DNA of 32,000 nt, taken from contig NZ_LN831039.1 in NCBI RefSeq assembly GCF_001457595.1, positions 4,800,001 to 4,832,000 on the forward strand, read 5' to 3'. This document shows, one piece after another, positions 24,034 to 32,000 of this stretch (positions are counted from its first letter, which is position 1; every line of letters starts with the position of its first letter). The notes under the pieces are model-generated. The model saw only the letters and a list, made by a program, of their open reading frames with translations. It was not told the DNA's origin and ran no database searches. The translations under genes and the position numbers were made by a program. This stretch comes from Mycolicibacterium smegmatis. GTDB taxonomy: Bacteria > Actinomycetota > Actinomycetes > Mycobacteriales > Mycobacteriaceae.

Positions 24034-25335
24034 TCAGCGCGCGGTGACCCGCTCGGGCGTGCGCACCGCCGCCATGCCCACCAGGCCTGCCACCAGCACC
24101 AGGCACAGGCCGCCCATACCGGCGCGGTCGGTGCCGAAGATGTCGATGAACATGAAGAACAGCCACGGCGCGAGGAACGACACGGCGCGGCCCACGGTGG
24201 TGTAGAGCCCGAAGGCCACACCCTCCTTGCCTTCGGCGGACATGCGCAGCATCAGTGTGCGGGCCGATGACTGCGTGGGGCCGATGAACAGGCACAGCGC
24301 GAGCCCGCACGCCCAGAACGCCACGGGCCCCGACAGCACCATCATCACGACGCCCGCGGTGATCATCGCGGCCAGCGACCCGACGATGATGGGCTTGGAG
24401 CCGATCCGGTCGTCGAGTTGTCCGCCCACGACGGCGCCGATGGCGGCGATCACGCACGCGCTGATGCCGAACAGCAGTACGTCGGCGTCGCTGATGCCGT
24501 AGACGCTCACGCCGAGCACGGCACCGAACGTGAACACGCCGGCCAGCCCGTCCCGGAACACGGCGCTGGCCAGCAGGTAGTAGACGATGTTGCGGTCACG
24601 CTCCCACTCCGAGCGCACCTCCGACCACAACTTGCGGTACGCGCCGATGAAGCTCGTGCGCGCGGACGGGACGGACACGTGCGGCGACGGCACCGCGAAG
24701 AACACCGGAACCGCGAACAGCGCGAGCCACGCCGCGGCCAGCAGCATGACCGCCCGCACGTTCTGCCCGTCGGCCACCGGAAGGCCCAAGAGGCCCCTGG
24801 TGTCGCCGTCCCCGGCGATGAACCCGAAATAGACGAGGACGAGCAGGACGACGATGCCGGAGTACCCCAGCGCCAGACCGAGTGCCGACACCCGCCCGGA
24901 GTTGTCCGGTGTGGACAGCTGACGCAGCATCGCGTTGTACGGCACGCTCGCCAGTTCGCCGCATGCCCCCGCGAGCGCCAGCAGCACCAGACCGGCCCAC
25001 AGGTAACTGTGGTCGTCGCGGATCAGGCTCATCGACGCCGTCACCACCACAACACATCCGGTGAGCACCGCGAGTGCGGGACGCCTGCGCTCCGGTGCGT
25101 CGACCCAGACCCCGGTCGCGGGTGCGAGGAACGCCACAGCGATGCCCGCGACGGTCAGCGCGCGGCCGAGCCAGCTTGCCGGGGTGGTGTCGCCCGGCAG
25201 GCCGGCGCCGACGGATCCGGTGAGGTAGACCGAGAAGACGAACGTGATGACGATCGCGTTCAAGCCGGCAGAACCGCAATCCCACAGGGCCCACGCAACC
25301 ACCCGCGCGCGGCCGGGGTTGATCATGTCCGACAC
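24034..25335 (-). CDS. Major facilitator superfamily transporter (UMF1/atg22-like)
   Basis: VSDMINPGRARVVAWALWDCGSAGLNAIVITFVFSVYL.., about a dozen hydrophobic segments, LFIGPTQSSARTLMLRMSAEGKEGVAFGLYTTVGRAVSFLAPW. GTG start at 25335. Confidence 0.87.
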   Translation of the reverse strand: MSDMINPGRARVVAWALWDCGSAGLNAIVITFVFSVYLTGSVGAGLPGDTTPASWLGRALTVAGIAVAFLAPATGVWVDAPERRRPALAVLTGCVVVVTASMSLIRDDHSYLWAGLVLLALAGACGELASVPYNAMLRQLSTPDNSGRVSALGLALGYSGIVVLLVLVYFGFIAGDGDTRGLLGLPVADGQNVRAVMLLAAAWLALFAVPVFFAVPSPHVSVPSARTSFIGAYRKLWSEVRSEWERDRNIVYYLLASAVFRDGLAGVFTFGAVLGVSVYGISDADVLLFGISACVIAAIGAVVGGQLDDRIGSKPIIVGSLAAMITAGVVMMVLSGPVAFWACGLALCLFIGPTQSSARTLMLRMSAEGKEGVAFGLYTTVGRAVSFLAPWLFFMFIDIFGTDRAGMGGLCLVLVAGLVGMAAVRTPERVTAR

Positions 25336-25356
25336 TTTATGGGGTTGGGCGGCTTC

Positions 25357-25362
25357 TAGGAT
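25357..25362 (+). promoter_or_regulatory. Candidate -10 hexamer TAGGAT for cmrA
   Basis: TAGGAT fits the mycobacterial SigA-type TANNNT -10. The expected +1, 7-8 nt downstream, falls on ATG 25370. Confidence 0.5.
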
Positions 25363-26176
25363 GAGCCGCATGCCAGTACCCGCACCCAGTCCGGATGCCC
25401 GTGCCGTGGTCACCGGCGCCTCGCAGAACATCGGCGAAGCGTTGGCCACCGAACTCGCTGCCCGCGGCCACCACCTGATCATCACCGCGCGCCGCGAGGA
25501 GGTGCTGACCTCGCTCGCGCAGCGGTTGACCGAGCGCTACGGCGTCACCGTCGAGGTGCGTGCGGTCGACCTCACCGACCCCGCCGCGCGTGCGACGTTG
25601 TGCGACGAACTCGCCGAGCGCGAGATCTCGATCCTGTGCGCCAACGCGGGCACCGCGACGTTCGGTGCCGTCAAGGATCTGGACCCGGCCGGCGAGAAGG
25701 CCCAGGTGCAGCTGAATGTCCTTGGCGTGCACGATCTTGTGCTCGCGGTGCTGCCGGGTATGGTCGCCCGCCGCGCGGGCGGCATCCTCATCTCGGGTTC
25801 CGCCGCGGGCAACTCGCCGATCCCGAACAACGCCACCTACGCCGCGTCCAAGGCGTTCGCCAACACGTTCAGCGAGTCGCTGCGCGGTGAACTCACCGGT
25901 GTCGGCGTGCACGTCACGCTGCTCGCACCCGGCCCGGTGCGCACCGAACTGCCCGATCCGTCCGAACAGTCCCTCGTCGAGAGGCTGATCCCCGACTTCC
26001 TGTGGATCGACACCGAGTACACCGCGAAGCTGTCCCTGGATGGCTTGGAGCACAACAAGATGCGCGTGGTGCCGGGTGTGACGTCCAAGGCCATGTCGGT
26101 GGCCAGTGGCTACGCCCCGCGCGCCATCGTCACGCCGATCGTCGGCGCGGTCTACAAGAAGCTCGGCGGCGGTTAG
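25361..26176 (+). CDS. cmrA: Short-chain dehydrogenase; mycolate reductase CmrA-like (start at 25361 or 25370)
   Basis: [26 protein letters not shown] (TGxxxxIG), LCANAG, SGSAAG..YAASK (catalytic Tyr/Lys). Synteny next to herA-like/orn matches Rv2509. Confidence 0.9.
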   Translation: MSRMPVPAPSPDARAVVTGASQNIGEALATELAARGHHLIITARREEVLTSLAQRLTERYGVTVEVRAVDLTDPAARATLCDELAEREISILCANAGTATFGAVKDLDPAGEKAQVQLNVLGVHDLVLAVLPGMVARRAGGILISGSAAGNSPIPNNATYAASKAFANTFSESLRGELTGVGVHVTLLAPGPVRTELPDPSEQSLVERLIPDFLWIDTEYTAKLSLDGLEHNKMRVVPGVTSKAMSVASGYAPRAIVTPIVGAVYKKLGGG

Positions 26177-26183
26177 ATCCTCC

Positions 26184-27755
26184 TCAGCGGCGGCGACGGC
26201 CGGTACCGAAGATGCTGCGGGTGATCTCGCGGCCGATCACGGTGCCCGCCGAGCGCATCGCGCTCTTGAACGCGGGGCTCGCGACCATCTTCTCGAAGAA
26301 CCCGGGCTCCTCGGGCTGCGCCGGGGCCGGCATCGGGGCGGCCTCTCCGGTGGCCTCGACGCCGGCGAAGCCGCCCGCGTCACCGCCCTCCGGCGGAGCC
26401 AGCTTGGCGGCCAGACGCTCGTAGGCCGAATCCCGGTCGACGGTCTGCCCGTAGGTGGCCTGCAGCGGGCTCGCCTTGGCCGCCGCCGAGATCGCGTCGG
26501 CGCCGATCGTGTCCATCAGCGAGCGCGGCGCGCGCATCCGCGTCCACGCCACCGGGGTGGGCGCACCCTTCTCCGAGAGCACGGTCACCACGGCCTCGCC
26601 GATGCCCAGCGAGGTGAGCGCCTCTTCGAGGTCGTAGACCTTGGTCTTGGGATAGGTGCGCACGGTCTTGGTGAGCGCCTTCTGGTCGTCGGGCGTGAAG
26701 GCGCGCAGCGCGTGCTGGATCCGGGCACCCAACTGCGAGAGGACGTCGTTTGGGACGTCGGTGGGCAGCTGGGTGCAGAAGAAGACGCCGACGCCCTTGG
26801 AGCGGATCAGTTTCACGGTCTGCTCGACCTGCTCGAGGAACGCCTTGGATGCGTCGTTGAACAGCAGGTGCGCCTCATCGAAGAAGAACACCAGCTTGGG
26901 CTTGTCGACGTCGCCGACCTCGGGCAGCGTCGTGAACAGATCGGCCAGCACCCACATGAGGAACGTCGAGAACATCACCGGGCGCGCGGCCTGGGCCCCG
27001 AGCTCCAGCAGCGTGATGACGCCGCGCCCCTGATCGTCGACGCGCAGCAGATCCTTGGGCTCCAGCTCGGGCTCACCGAAGAACGTGTCCGCACCCTCGG
27101 CCTCGAGGTTGACCAGCGCACGCAAGATCACGCCCGCGGTCGTCGTCGACACCGCGCCGAGCGCCTTGAGCTCGGGCTTGCCCTCGTCGCTGGTCAGGTA
27201 CTGGATGACCGAGCGCAGATCCTTGATGTCCAGCAGCGGCAGACCCTTCTGGTCGGCCCAGTGGAAGATCAGCCCCAGGGTGGACTCCTGGGTCTGGTTG
27301 AGCCCCAGCACTTTCGACAGCAGGATCGGGCCGAAGCTGGTGATCGTCGCGCGCACCGGCACGCCGATGCCCTCGGTGCCCAGCGACAGGAACTCCACCG
27401 GGAACCCCGTGGGTGTCCAGTCGTCCCCGGTGTCGGCGGCGCGCTGGGTGACCTTGTCGTTCGACTCCCCCGGTTTGGCCAGCCCGGACAGGTCGCCCTT
27501 GACGTCGGCCATCAGCACCGGCACGCCCGCGGCGGAGAGCTGCTCGGCGAGCACCTGCAGGGACTTCGTCTTGCCGGTGCCGGTGGCCCCGGCGATCAGA
27601 CCGTGCCGGTTGACCGTGGCGAGCGGGATGCGCACCTGGGCGGTGGGGTCGACGGCACCGTCGACGACGACGGTGCCCAGTTCGAGAGCCTGCCCTTCGA
27701 CGGCATATCCGGCGGCGATCTGCTGCGCGGGAGTAGCTGTCGATTCGGTGGTCAT
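26184..27755 (-). CDS. HerA/FtsK-superfamily ATPase, DUF853 family (Rv2510c-like)
   Basis: Walker [12 protein letters not shown], Walker [53 protein letters not shown] 27755 has GGAGG upstream. Confidence 0.92.
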   Translation of the reverse strand: MTTESTATPAQQIAAGYAVEGQALELGTVVVDGAVDPTAQVRIPLATVNRHGLIAGATGTGKTKSLQVLAEQLSAAGVPVLMADVKGDLSGLAKPGESNDKVTQRAADTGDDWTPTGFPVEFLSLGTEGIGVPVRATITSFGPILLSKVLGLNQTQESTLGLIFHWADQKGLPLLDIKDLRSVIQYLTSDEGKPELKALGAVSTTTAGVILRALVNLEAEGADTFFGEPELEPKDLLRVDDQGRGVITLLELGAQAARPVMFSTFLMWVLADLFTTLPEVGDVDKPKLVFFFDEAHLLFNDASKAFLEQVEQTVKLIRSKGVGVFFCTQLPTDVPNDVLSQLGARIQHALRAFTPDDQKALTKTVRTYPKTKVYDLEEALTSLGIGEAVVTVLSEKGAPTPVAWTRMRAPRSLMDTIGADAISAAAKASPLQATYGQTVDRDSAYERLAAKLAPPEGGDAGGFAGVEATGEAAPMPAPAQPEEPGFFEKMVASPAFKSAMRSAGTVIGREITRSIFGTGRRRR

Positions 27756-27807
27756 ACCGCGGTCCTCCGTTCGCCCGAGCGAGCCCCGGAACGAGCTCAC
27801 GTGGGTT

Positions 27808-27838
27808 TTGACACTACTGGTCTTCCTACGGGTATGGG
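27808..27838 (+). promoter_or_regulatory. Possible promoter for orn: TTGACA with a GTATGG/TATGGG element about 18-19 nt downstream
   Basis: Exact TTGACA -35 at 27808-27813. A second candidate -10 TACTGT lies at 27862-27867, right next to the GTG at 27876. Confidence 0.4.
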
Positions 27839-27875
27839 CGCGTGGCGGGCGCGTGTGCGAATACTGTGGATCTTC

Positions 27876-28505
27876 GTGCGAGACGAACTGGTGTGGATCG
27901 ACTGCGAGATGACCGGGCTGGACCTCAAGTCCGACCGGCTGATCGAGATCGCGGTCCTGGTGACCGATGCGGACCTCAACATTCTCGGCGACGGCCTGGA
28001 CGTGGTGATCCACGCCGATGACGAGTCACTGTCCTCGATGGTCGACGTGGTGAAGCAGATGCATGCGCGCTCCGGCCTGACCGAAGAGGTGCGCAGATCC
28101 ACCGTCGACCTCGCCACGGCCGAGGAGATGGTGCTCGACTACATCCGCGGGCACGTCAAGCAGGCCAAGACCGCGCCGCTGGCGGGCAACTCGATCGCCA
28201 CCGACCGCGGCTTCATCGCGCGGGACATGCCCAAGCTCGACGATTACCTGCACTACCGGATGATCGACGTCAGCTCGATCAAGGAGCTGTGCAGGCGCTG
28301 GTACCCCCGCATCTACTTCGGCCAACCGGAGAAAGGTCTCGCACACCGCGCGCTGGCCGACATCCACGAGTCGATCCGCGAACTCAAGTACTACCGCGCC
28401 ACGGCGTTCGTCCCGCAGCCCGGGCCTTCTACCAGCGATATCGCCGCGATCGCCGCCGAGCTCGGCCCGCCTTCGAGCAACTCGGCGGATACCGATTCGG
28501 CTTAA
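27876..28505 (+). CDS. orn: Oligoribonuclease
   Basis: [35 protein letters not shown].. (DEDD exonuclease I), [17 protein letters not shown]. The 799 aa track ORF merges this with antisense sequence. Confidence 0.96.
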   Translation: MRDELVWIDCEMTGLDLKSDRLIEIAVLVTDADLNILGDGLDVVIHADDESLSSMVDVVKQMHARSGLTEEVRRSTVDLATAEEMVLDYIRGHVKQAKTAPLAGNSIATDRGFIARDMPKLDDYLHYRMIDVSSIKELCRRWYPRIYFGQPEKGLAHRALADIHESIRELKYYRATAFVPQPGPSTSDIAAIAAELGPPSSNSADTDSA

Positions 28506-28563
28506 CCGCACCCGAGCGGTTAGTATCTACGGGCCGCATGCGCCGAAAGGCAAAGCGGCGATG

Positions 28564-28636
28564 GTGGCTGTAGTTCAGTTGGTAGAGCACCAGGTTGTGA
28601 TCCTGGCTGTCGCGGGTTCGAGTCCCGTCAGCCACC
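28564..28636 (+). tRNA. tRNA-His (anticodon GTG), with encoded G-1 at 28563
   Basis: Acceptor GTGGCTG/CAGCCAC, anticodon arm CCAGG-TTGTGAT-CCTGG, T-arm GCGGG-TTCGAGT-CCCGT, C73 discriminator opposite G-1. Confidence 0.96.
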
Positions 28637-28649
28637 CCGATATCGGGAG

Positions 28650-28677
28650 CCCCGCCTACGCGAGTAGGCGGGGTTTT
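28650..28677 (+). terminator. Intrinsic terminator of tRNA-His (orn-tRNA-His unit)
   Basis: 10-bp stem CCCCGCCTAC / GTAGGCGGGG with GCGA tetraloop, followed immediately by TTTT. Confidence 0.9.
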
Positions 28678-29852
28678 CGCGTTGACGGGGTGTGATCGAC
28701 GCCGACACCCCGCCAATGGCACTCCCGACGCTTTGCGGAGCGTGGACTGCACGGGATGCGCCGCCCATACCATCGCCTACTTGAGTCAGGGCCTGCGGGC
28801 ATTGCCCGCGAACCTGATTCGCACGCGCGGCAACTTCGACGTACTGAGTGCCCGTGGACTCCGGCAGCTTGCCGGGTTCGACACGGACCGACTCCCGGCG
28901 GACCCGCGGCATGCGGCTGCGCGTCACCGACCCTGACCGGACCGGTCGCGGACCCGAGGTTCGCGGGTCCGGCGATGAGCCCGCGCGCGACGGTGTCGAC
29001 GCGATCCGAGCGCGCCGCGCGTAACCAGCTACCACCGCGCGAGCGCGGTCGCATCATTGCGGGCAAACATAATTGACGTTGCCATAAGCGCAATTCCGTA
29101 CCATTTAGTTCAGCTGGAATATGAATTGAACATAAGTTCCCATATGTACGAATAGGTCGTGAACTGCACCGAAACACCGGAGTGTGACCTTGGTCTCATA
29201 ACCGCAGTTATGCGTTTTTATCCGGCCGACCGATTTGCCACCACCAACAACCACTACGCAAACCTGTGAAGTTCCTGAGATCGACGCGCCACGCAGGCGT
29301 GGGTCACAGACATCTCACCCATCACGGGTTACGGTCGGACACAGGGCAATCCGCACGCCAGGCACGCCGAACCCACGTTCCCCGGCCGGCCGCAGCGCTT
29401 TCGGCGACGCTGTGGCAAACCCGGATCAACGGCCTTCCTGAGCGATCGCACAGCGCCGCGAAGACGTGACTTAGGGAACGATTTCAGCGACTTCGCAGGT
29501 CCGCGAGGTACGGTTTGCCGCCACACCGCGTCGCGAGCCGCGGTTCGGGCGGGTCGGTAGCTGATATCGCCTGCGTCGACACAACCCGCGCGGCGGCCGT
29601 TAGCGAAGACACGTGTCAACTTTGAAAAGGTACTGTTACCGGGTTTTGATAGCCCTACTAGCGTTTTACGTCACCGTAAATCAAGATCGATTGCTGATCT
29701 TGTCCGGCCATTAAACAATGGCGCATTGCTGGATCCGCGGCGGATTACGGAAAAGCGAATAAAACCCCCCTCGCCACGGCTTTTCTCGAATGGCATGTGG
29801 CATACGGGCCGTGGTACTAAGTACGCCGATCGCGTCATTAGTAGGGGAAGCT

Positions 29853-32000
29853 TTGACTCAAAATTGTGTTGCTCCTGTTGCCATCATCGGAATGGCTTGC
29901 AGACTTCCTGGAGCAATCAACTCGCCACAGCAGCTATGGGAGGCTCTCCTCCGTGGCGATGACTTCGTCACCGAGATTCCCACCGGCCGGTGGGACGCCG
30001 AGGAGTACTACGACCCCGAGCCAGGGGTGCCCGGCCGCTCCGTGTCGAAGTGGGGTGCCTTCCTCGACGACCCGGCCGCGTTCGACCCGGAGTTCTTCGG
30101 CATCACCGAGCGCGAGGCCGCCGCGATCGACCCGCAGCACCGGCTGCTGCTGGAGACCGCGTGGGAGGCCGTCGAGCACTCCGGCCTGAACCCCGCCGGT
30201 CTCGCCGGATCGGCCACCGGCGTCTTCATGGGCCTGACCCACAACGACTACGCACACCTTGCTGCCGACGCCAAGGCACTGGAGGGTCCGTACGGCTTCA
30301 CCGGCACCAGCTTCAGCCTCGCCTCCGGCCGCATCGCCTACGCACTCGGCGTGCACGGCCCCGCCATCACGGTCGACACGGCGTGCTCGTCCAGCCTCAG
30401 CGCCATCCACATGGCCTGCCGCAGCCTGCACAACGGTGAGAGCGACGTCGCGCTGGCCGGCGGTGTGTCGGTGCTGCTGGAACCGCGCAAGGCCGCTGGC
30501 GGCTCGGCCGCAGGCATGCTGTCCCCGACCGGCCACTGCCACGCGTTCGACACCGCGGCCGACGGCTTCGTCTCGGCCGAGGGCTGCGTGGTGCTGACCC
30601 TCAAGCGACTCGACGACGCCGTCGCAGACGGCGATCGGATCCTCGCCGTCATCCGCGGCACCGCCACCAACCAGGACGGCCGCACGGTCAACATCGCGAC
30701 GCCGTCGGCCGATGCGCAGGCCAAGGTCTACCGCATGGCGCTGAAAGCGGCCGGCGTCGAACCCGGCACCGTCGGCCTCGTCGAGGCCCACGGCACCGGC
30801 ACGCCCGTCGGCGACCCGCTCGAGTTCTCCAGCCTGGCCGAGGTGTACGGCACAGACGGTCCCTGTGCGTTGGGCTCGATCAAGACCAATTTCGGTCACA
30901 CGCAGTCCGCGGCGGGCGCGCTCGGCGTCATGAAGGCCGTACTTGCGCTGCAGCACAACGTCATTCCGCAGAACCTGCACTTCACCCGCCTGCCCGACCA
31001 GATGGCCGAGATCGAGACGGGCCTGTTCGTCCCCGAGACCATCACGCCGTGGCCGGTCCGGGAGGGCCAGCCCCGCCGCGCCGCGGTCTCCGCGTACGGC
31101 CTGTCCGGCACCAACGTGCACGCGGTCCTCGAGCAGGCGCCTGAGAGCCCGGCCGAGACTGCCGCAGAGGCGATTTCACCCAAGGCCGGCAACGCGCTGG
31201 TGTTCCCGGTGTCCGCCAGCTCCGCCGATGCGCTGCGCTCGACGGCACAGCACCTTGCCGACTGGCTGCTGCGAAGCGGGGACGGCAACGGTCGCGGACC
31301 CGCGATCGATCTCGGCGACCTCGCGTACACACTGGCCCGCAGGCGCGGGTTCCGTGCTGCCCGTTCGGCTGTGCTCGCAGGCGACCGCGGCACGCTGGTC
31401 GAGGGGCTGCGGCAGATCGCCGACGGTGAGGCGATGCCACAACATGCCGTGACCAACGACGACCGTGGGCCGGTGTGGGTGTTCTCCGGGCAGGGTTCGC
31501 AGTGGGCCTCGATGGGCGCCGAACTGCTCGACCGGGAACAGGCTTTCGCGGCCGCCATCGCCGAACTGGAACCGCTCATCGCGGCCGAGTCCGACTTCTC
31601 CGTCACCGAGGCCCTGACGGCCTCGGAGACCGTCACCGGCATCGACCGGGTGCAGCCCACCATCTTCGCGGTCCAGGTCGCGCTGGCCGCGGCCATGCGT
31701 TCGCACGGCGTCGTGCCCGGCGCGGTCATCGGTCACTCGATGGGCGAGGTTGCCGCCTCGGTCGTCTCGGGCGCACTCTCACTCGAAGACGGCGTGAAGG
31801 TCATCTGCCGCCGCACGCGCCTGATGACCCGCATCGCGGGCTCGGGCGCCATGGCGATGGTGGAACTCCCAGCCCAGCAGGTGCTTTCCGAACTCGCCAG
31901 CCGCGGCGTCGATGACGTCGTGCTGTCGGTGGTCGCCTCACCGCAGTCGACCGTGGTCGGCGGCGCGACCGCCTCGGTGCGCGAACTGATCGAGATGTGG
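29853..32000 (+). CDS. pks5: Type I modular polyketide synthase, mycocerosic acid synthase-like (KS then AT; runs off the window)
   Basis: TTG 29853 preceded by AGGGG: [58 protein letters not shown]... KS active site DTACSSS (Cys codon 30384-30386), [24 protein letters not shown]; AT motif GHSMGE. Open to position 32000 and absent from the ORF track. Confidence 0.95.
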   Translation, partial: MTQNCVAPVAIIGMACRLPGAINSPQQLWEALLRGDDFVTEIPTGRWDAEEYYDPEPGVPGRSVSKWGAFLDDPAAFDPEFFGITEREAAAIDPQHRLLLETAWEAVEHSGLNPAGLAGSATGVFMGLTHNDYAHLAADAKALEGPYGFTGTSFSLASGRIAYALGVHGPAITVDTACSSSLSAIHMACRSLHNGESDVALAGGVSVLLEPRKAAGGSAAGMLSPTGHCHAFDTAADGFVSAEGCVVLTLKRLDDAVADGDRILAVIRGTATNQDGRTVNIATPSADAQAKVYRMALKAAGVEPGTVGLVEAHGTGTPVGDPLEFSSLAEVYGTDGPCALGSIKTNFGHTQSAAGALGVMKAVLALQHNVIPQNLHFTRLPDQMAEIETGLFVPETITPWPVREGQPRRAAVSAYGLSGTNVHAVLEQAPESPAETAAEAISPKAGNALVFPVSASSADALRSTAQHLADWLLRSGDGNGRGPAIDLGDLAYTLARRRGFRAARSAVLAGDRGTLVEGLRQIADGEAMPQHAVTNDDRGPVWVFSGQGSQWASMGAELLDREQAFAAAIAELEPLIAAESDFSVTEALTASETVTGIDRVQPTIFAVQVALAAAMRSHGVVPGAVIGHSMGEVAASVVSGALSLEDGVKVICRRTRLMTRIAGSGAMAMVELPAQQVLSELASRGVDDVVLSVVASPQSTVVGGATASVRELIEMW

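Noticed and set aside
26106-28505. 799 aa plus-strand ORF apparently joining a novel protein to oligoribonuclease
   Set aside because: Only the last 209 aa (from GTG 27876) is Orn. The rest is antisense to the DUF853 ATPase with no motifs, so it is not a fusion protein.
28656-29177. 173 aa minus-strand ORF, plus small ORFs 28682..28936, 28756..29076, 29266..29469 and 29329..29619
   Set aside because: No recognisable motifs; mostly Arg/Pro/Gly-biased, overlapping ORFs on both strands with no clear ribosome sites. Not called without homology or expression evidence.
28563-29852. Possible integrated island with attL/attR at tRNA-His
   Set aside because: I looked for a repeated tRNA-His 3' segment (GTTCGAGTCCCGTCAGCCAC) downstream and saw none in the window. 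No integrase or transposase coding sequence is visible. Only the weaker tRNA-boundary observation is kept.
29726-29962. 78 aa ORF and the out-of-frame 107 aa ORF (29866..30189) across the pks start
   Set aside because: Wrong frame relative to the unmistakable KS domain.
29934-31121. 395 aa minus-strand ORF and 30896..31729 minus ORF
   Set aside because: Antisense shadows of the KS/AT-coding sequence.

Overview
This 32 kb window is high-GC actinobacterial chromosome. Gene content and order match a conserved mycobacterial block, M. tuberculosis Rv2478c to Rv2511-like, and most closely a rapid grower such as Mycolicibacterium smegmatis (inference; no search was run). From left to right it carries: a partial ssbB; a CopD/CtaG-like membrane protein; a start/stop-overlapping lipid acyltransferase trio (WS/DGAT-like, HAD-PlsC fusion, PlsB2); tRNA-Arg(UCU); an alpha/beta hydrolase; a methyltransferase; an enoyl-CoA hydratase; the leucine/branched-chain degradation genes bkdABC, citE-like, MaoC-like, fadE19, accA1 and accD1; a divergent TetR regulator with a clear palindromic operator candidate; an S9 peptidase; a proline-rich membrane protein; an MFS transporter; the mycolate reductase cmrA; a HerA-like ATPase (DUF853); oligoribonuclease; tRNA-His with a strong terminator; about 1.2 kb with no convincing CDS; and the 5' part of a large MAS-like/Pks5 polyketide synthase that runs off the right edge. 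The provided ORF track does not list that last gene. I found no CRISPR array, phage, transposase or obvious defence system. The better second-look items are regulatory or architectural: the accD1/TetR operator, the structured ssbB leader region, a WS/DGAT paralogue with a degenerate HHxxxDG motif, four convergent gene pairs separated by 1-7 nt, a predicted leaderless cmrA start, and the structured non-coding gap next to tRNA-His.
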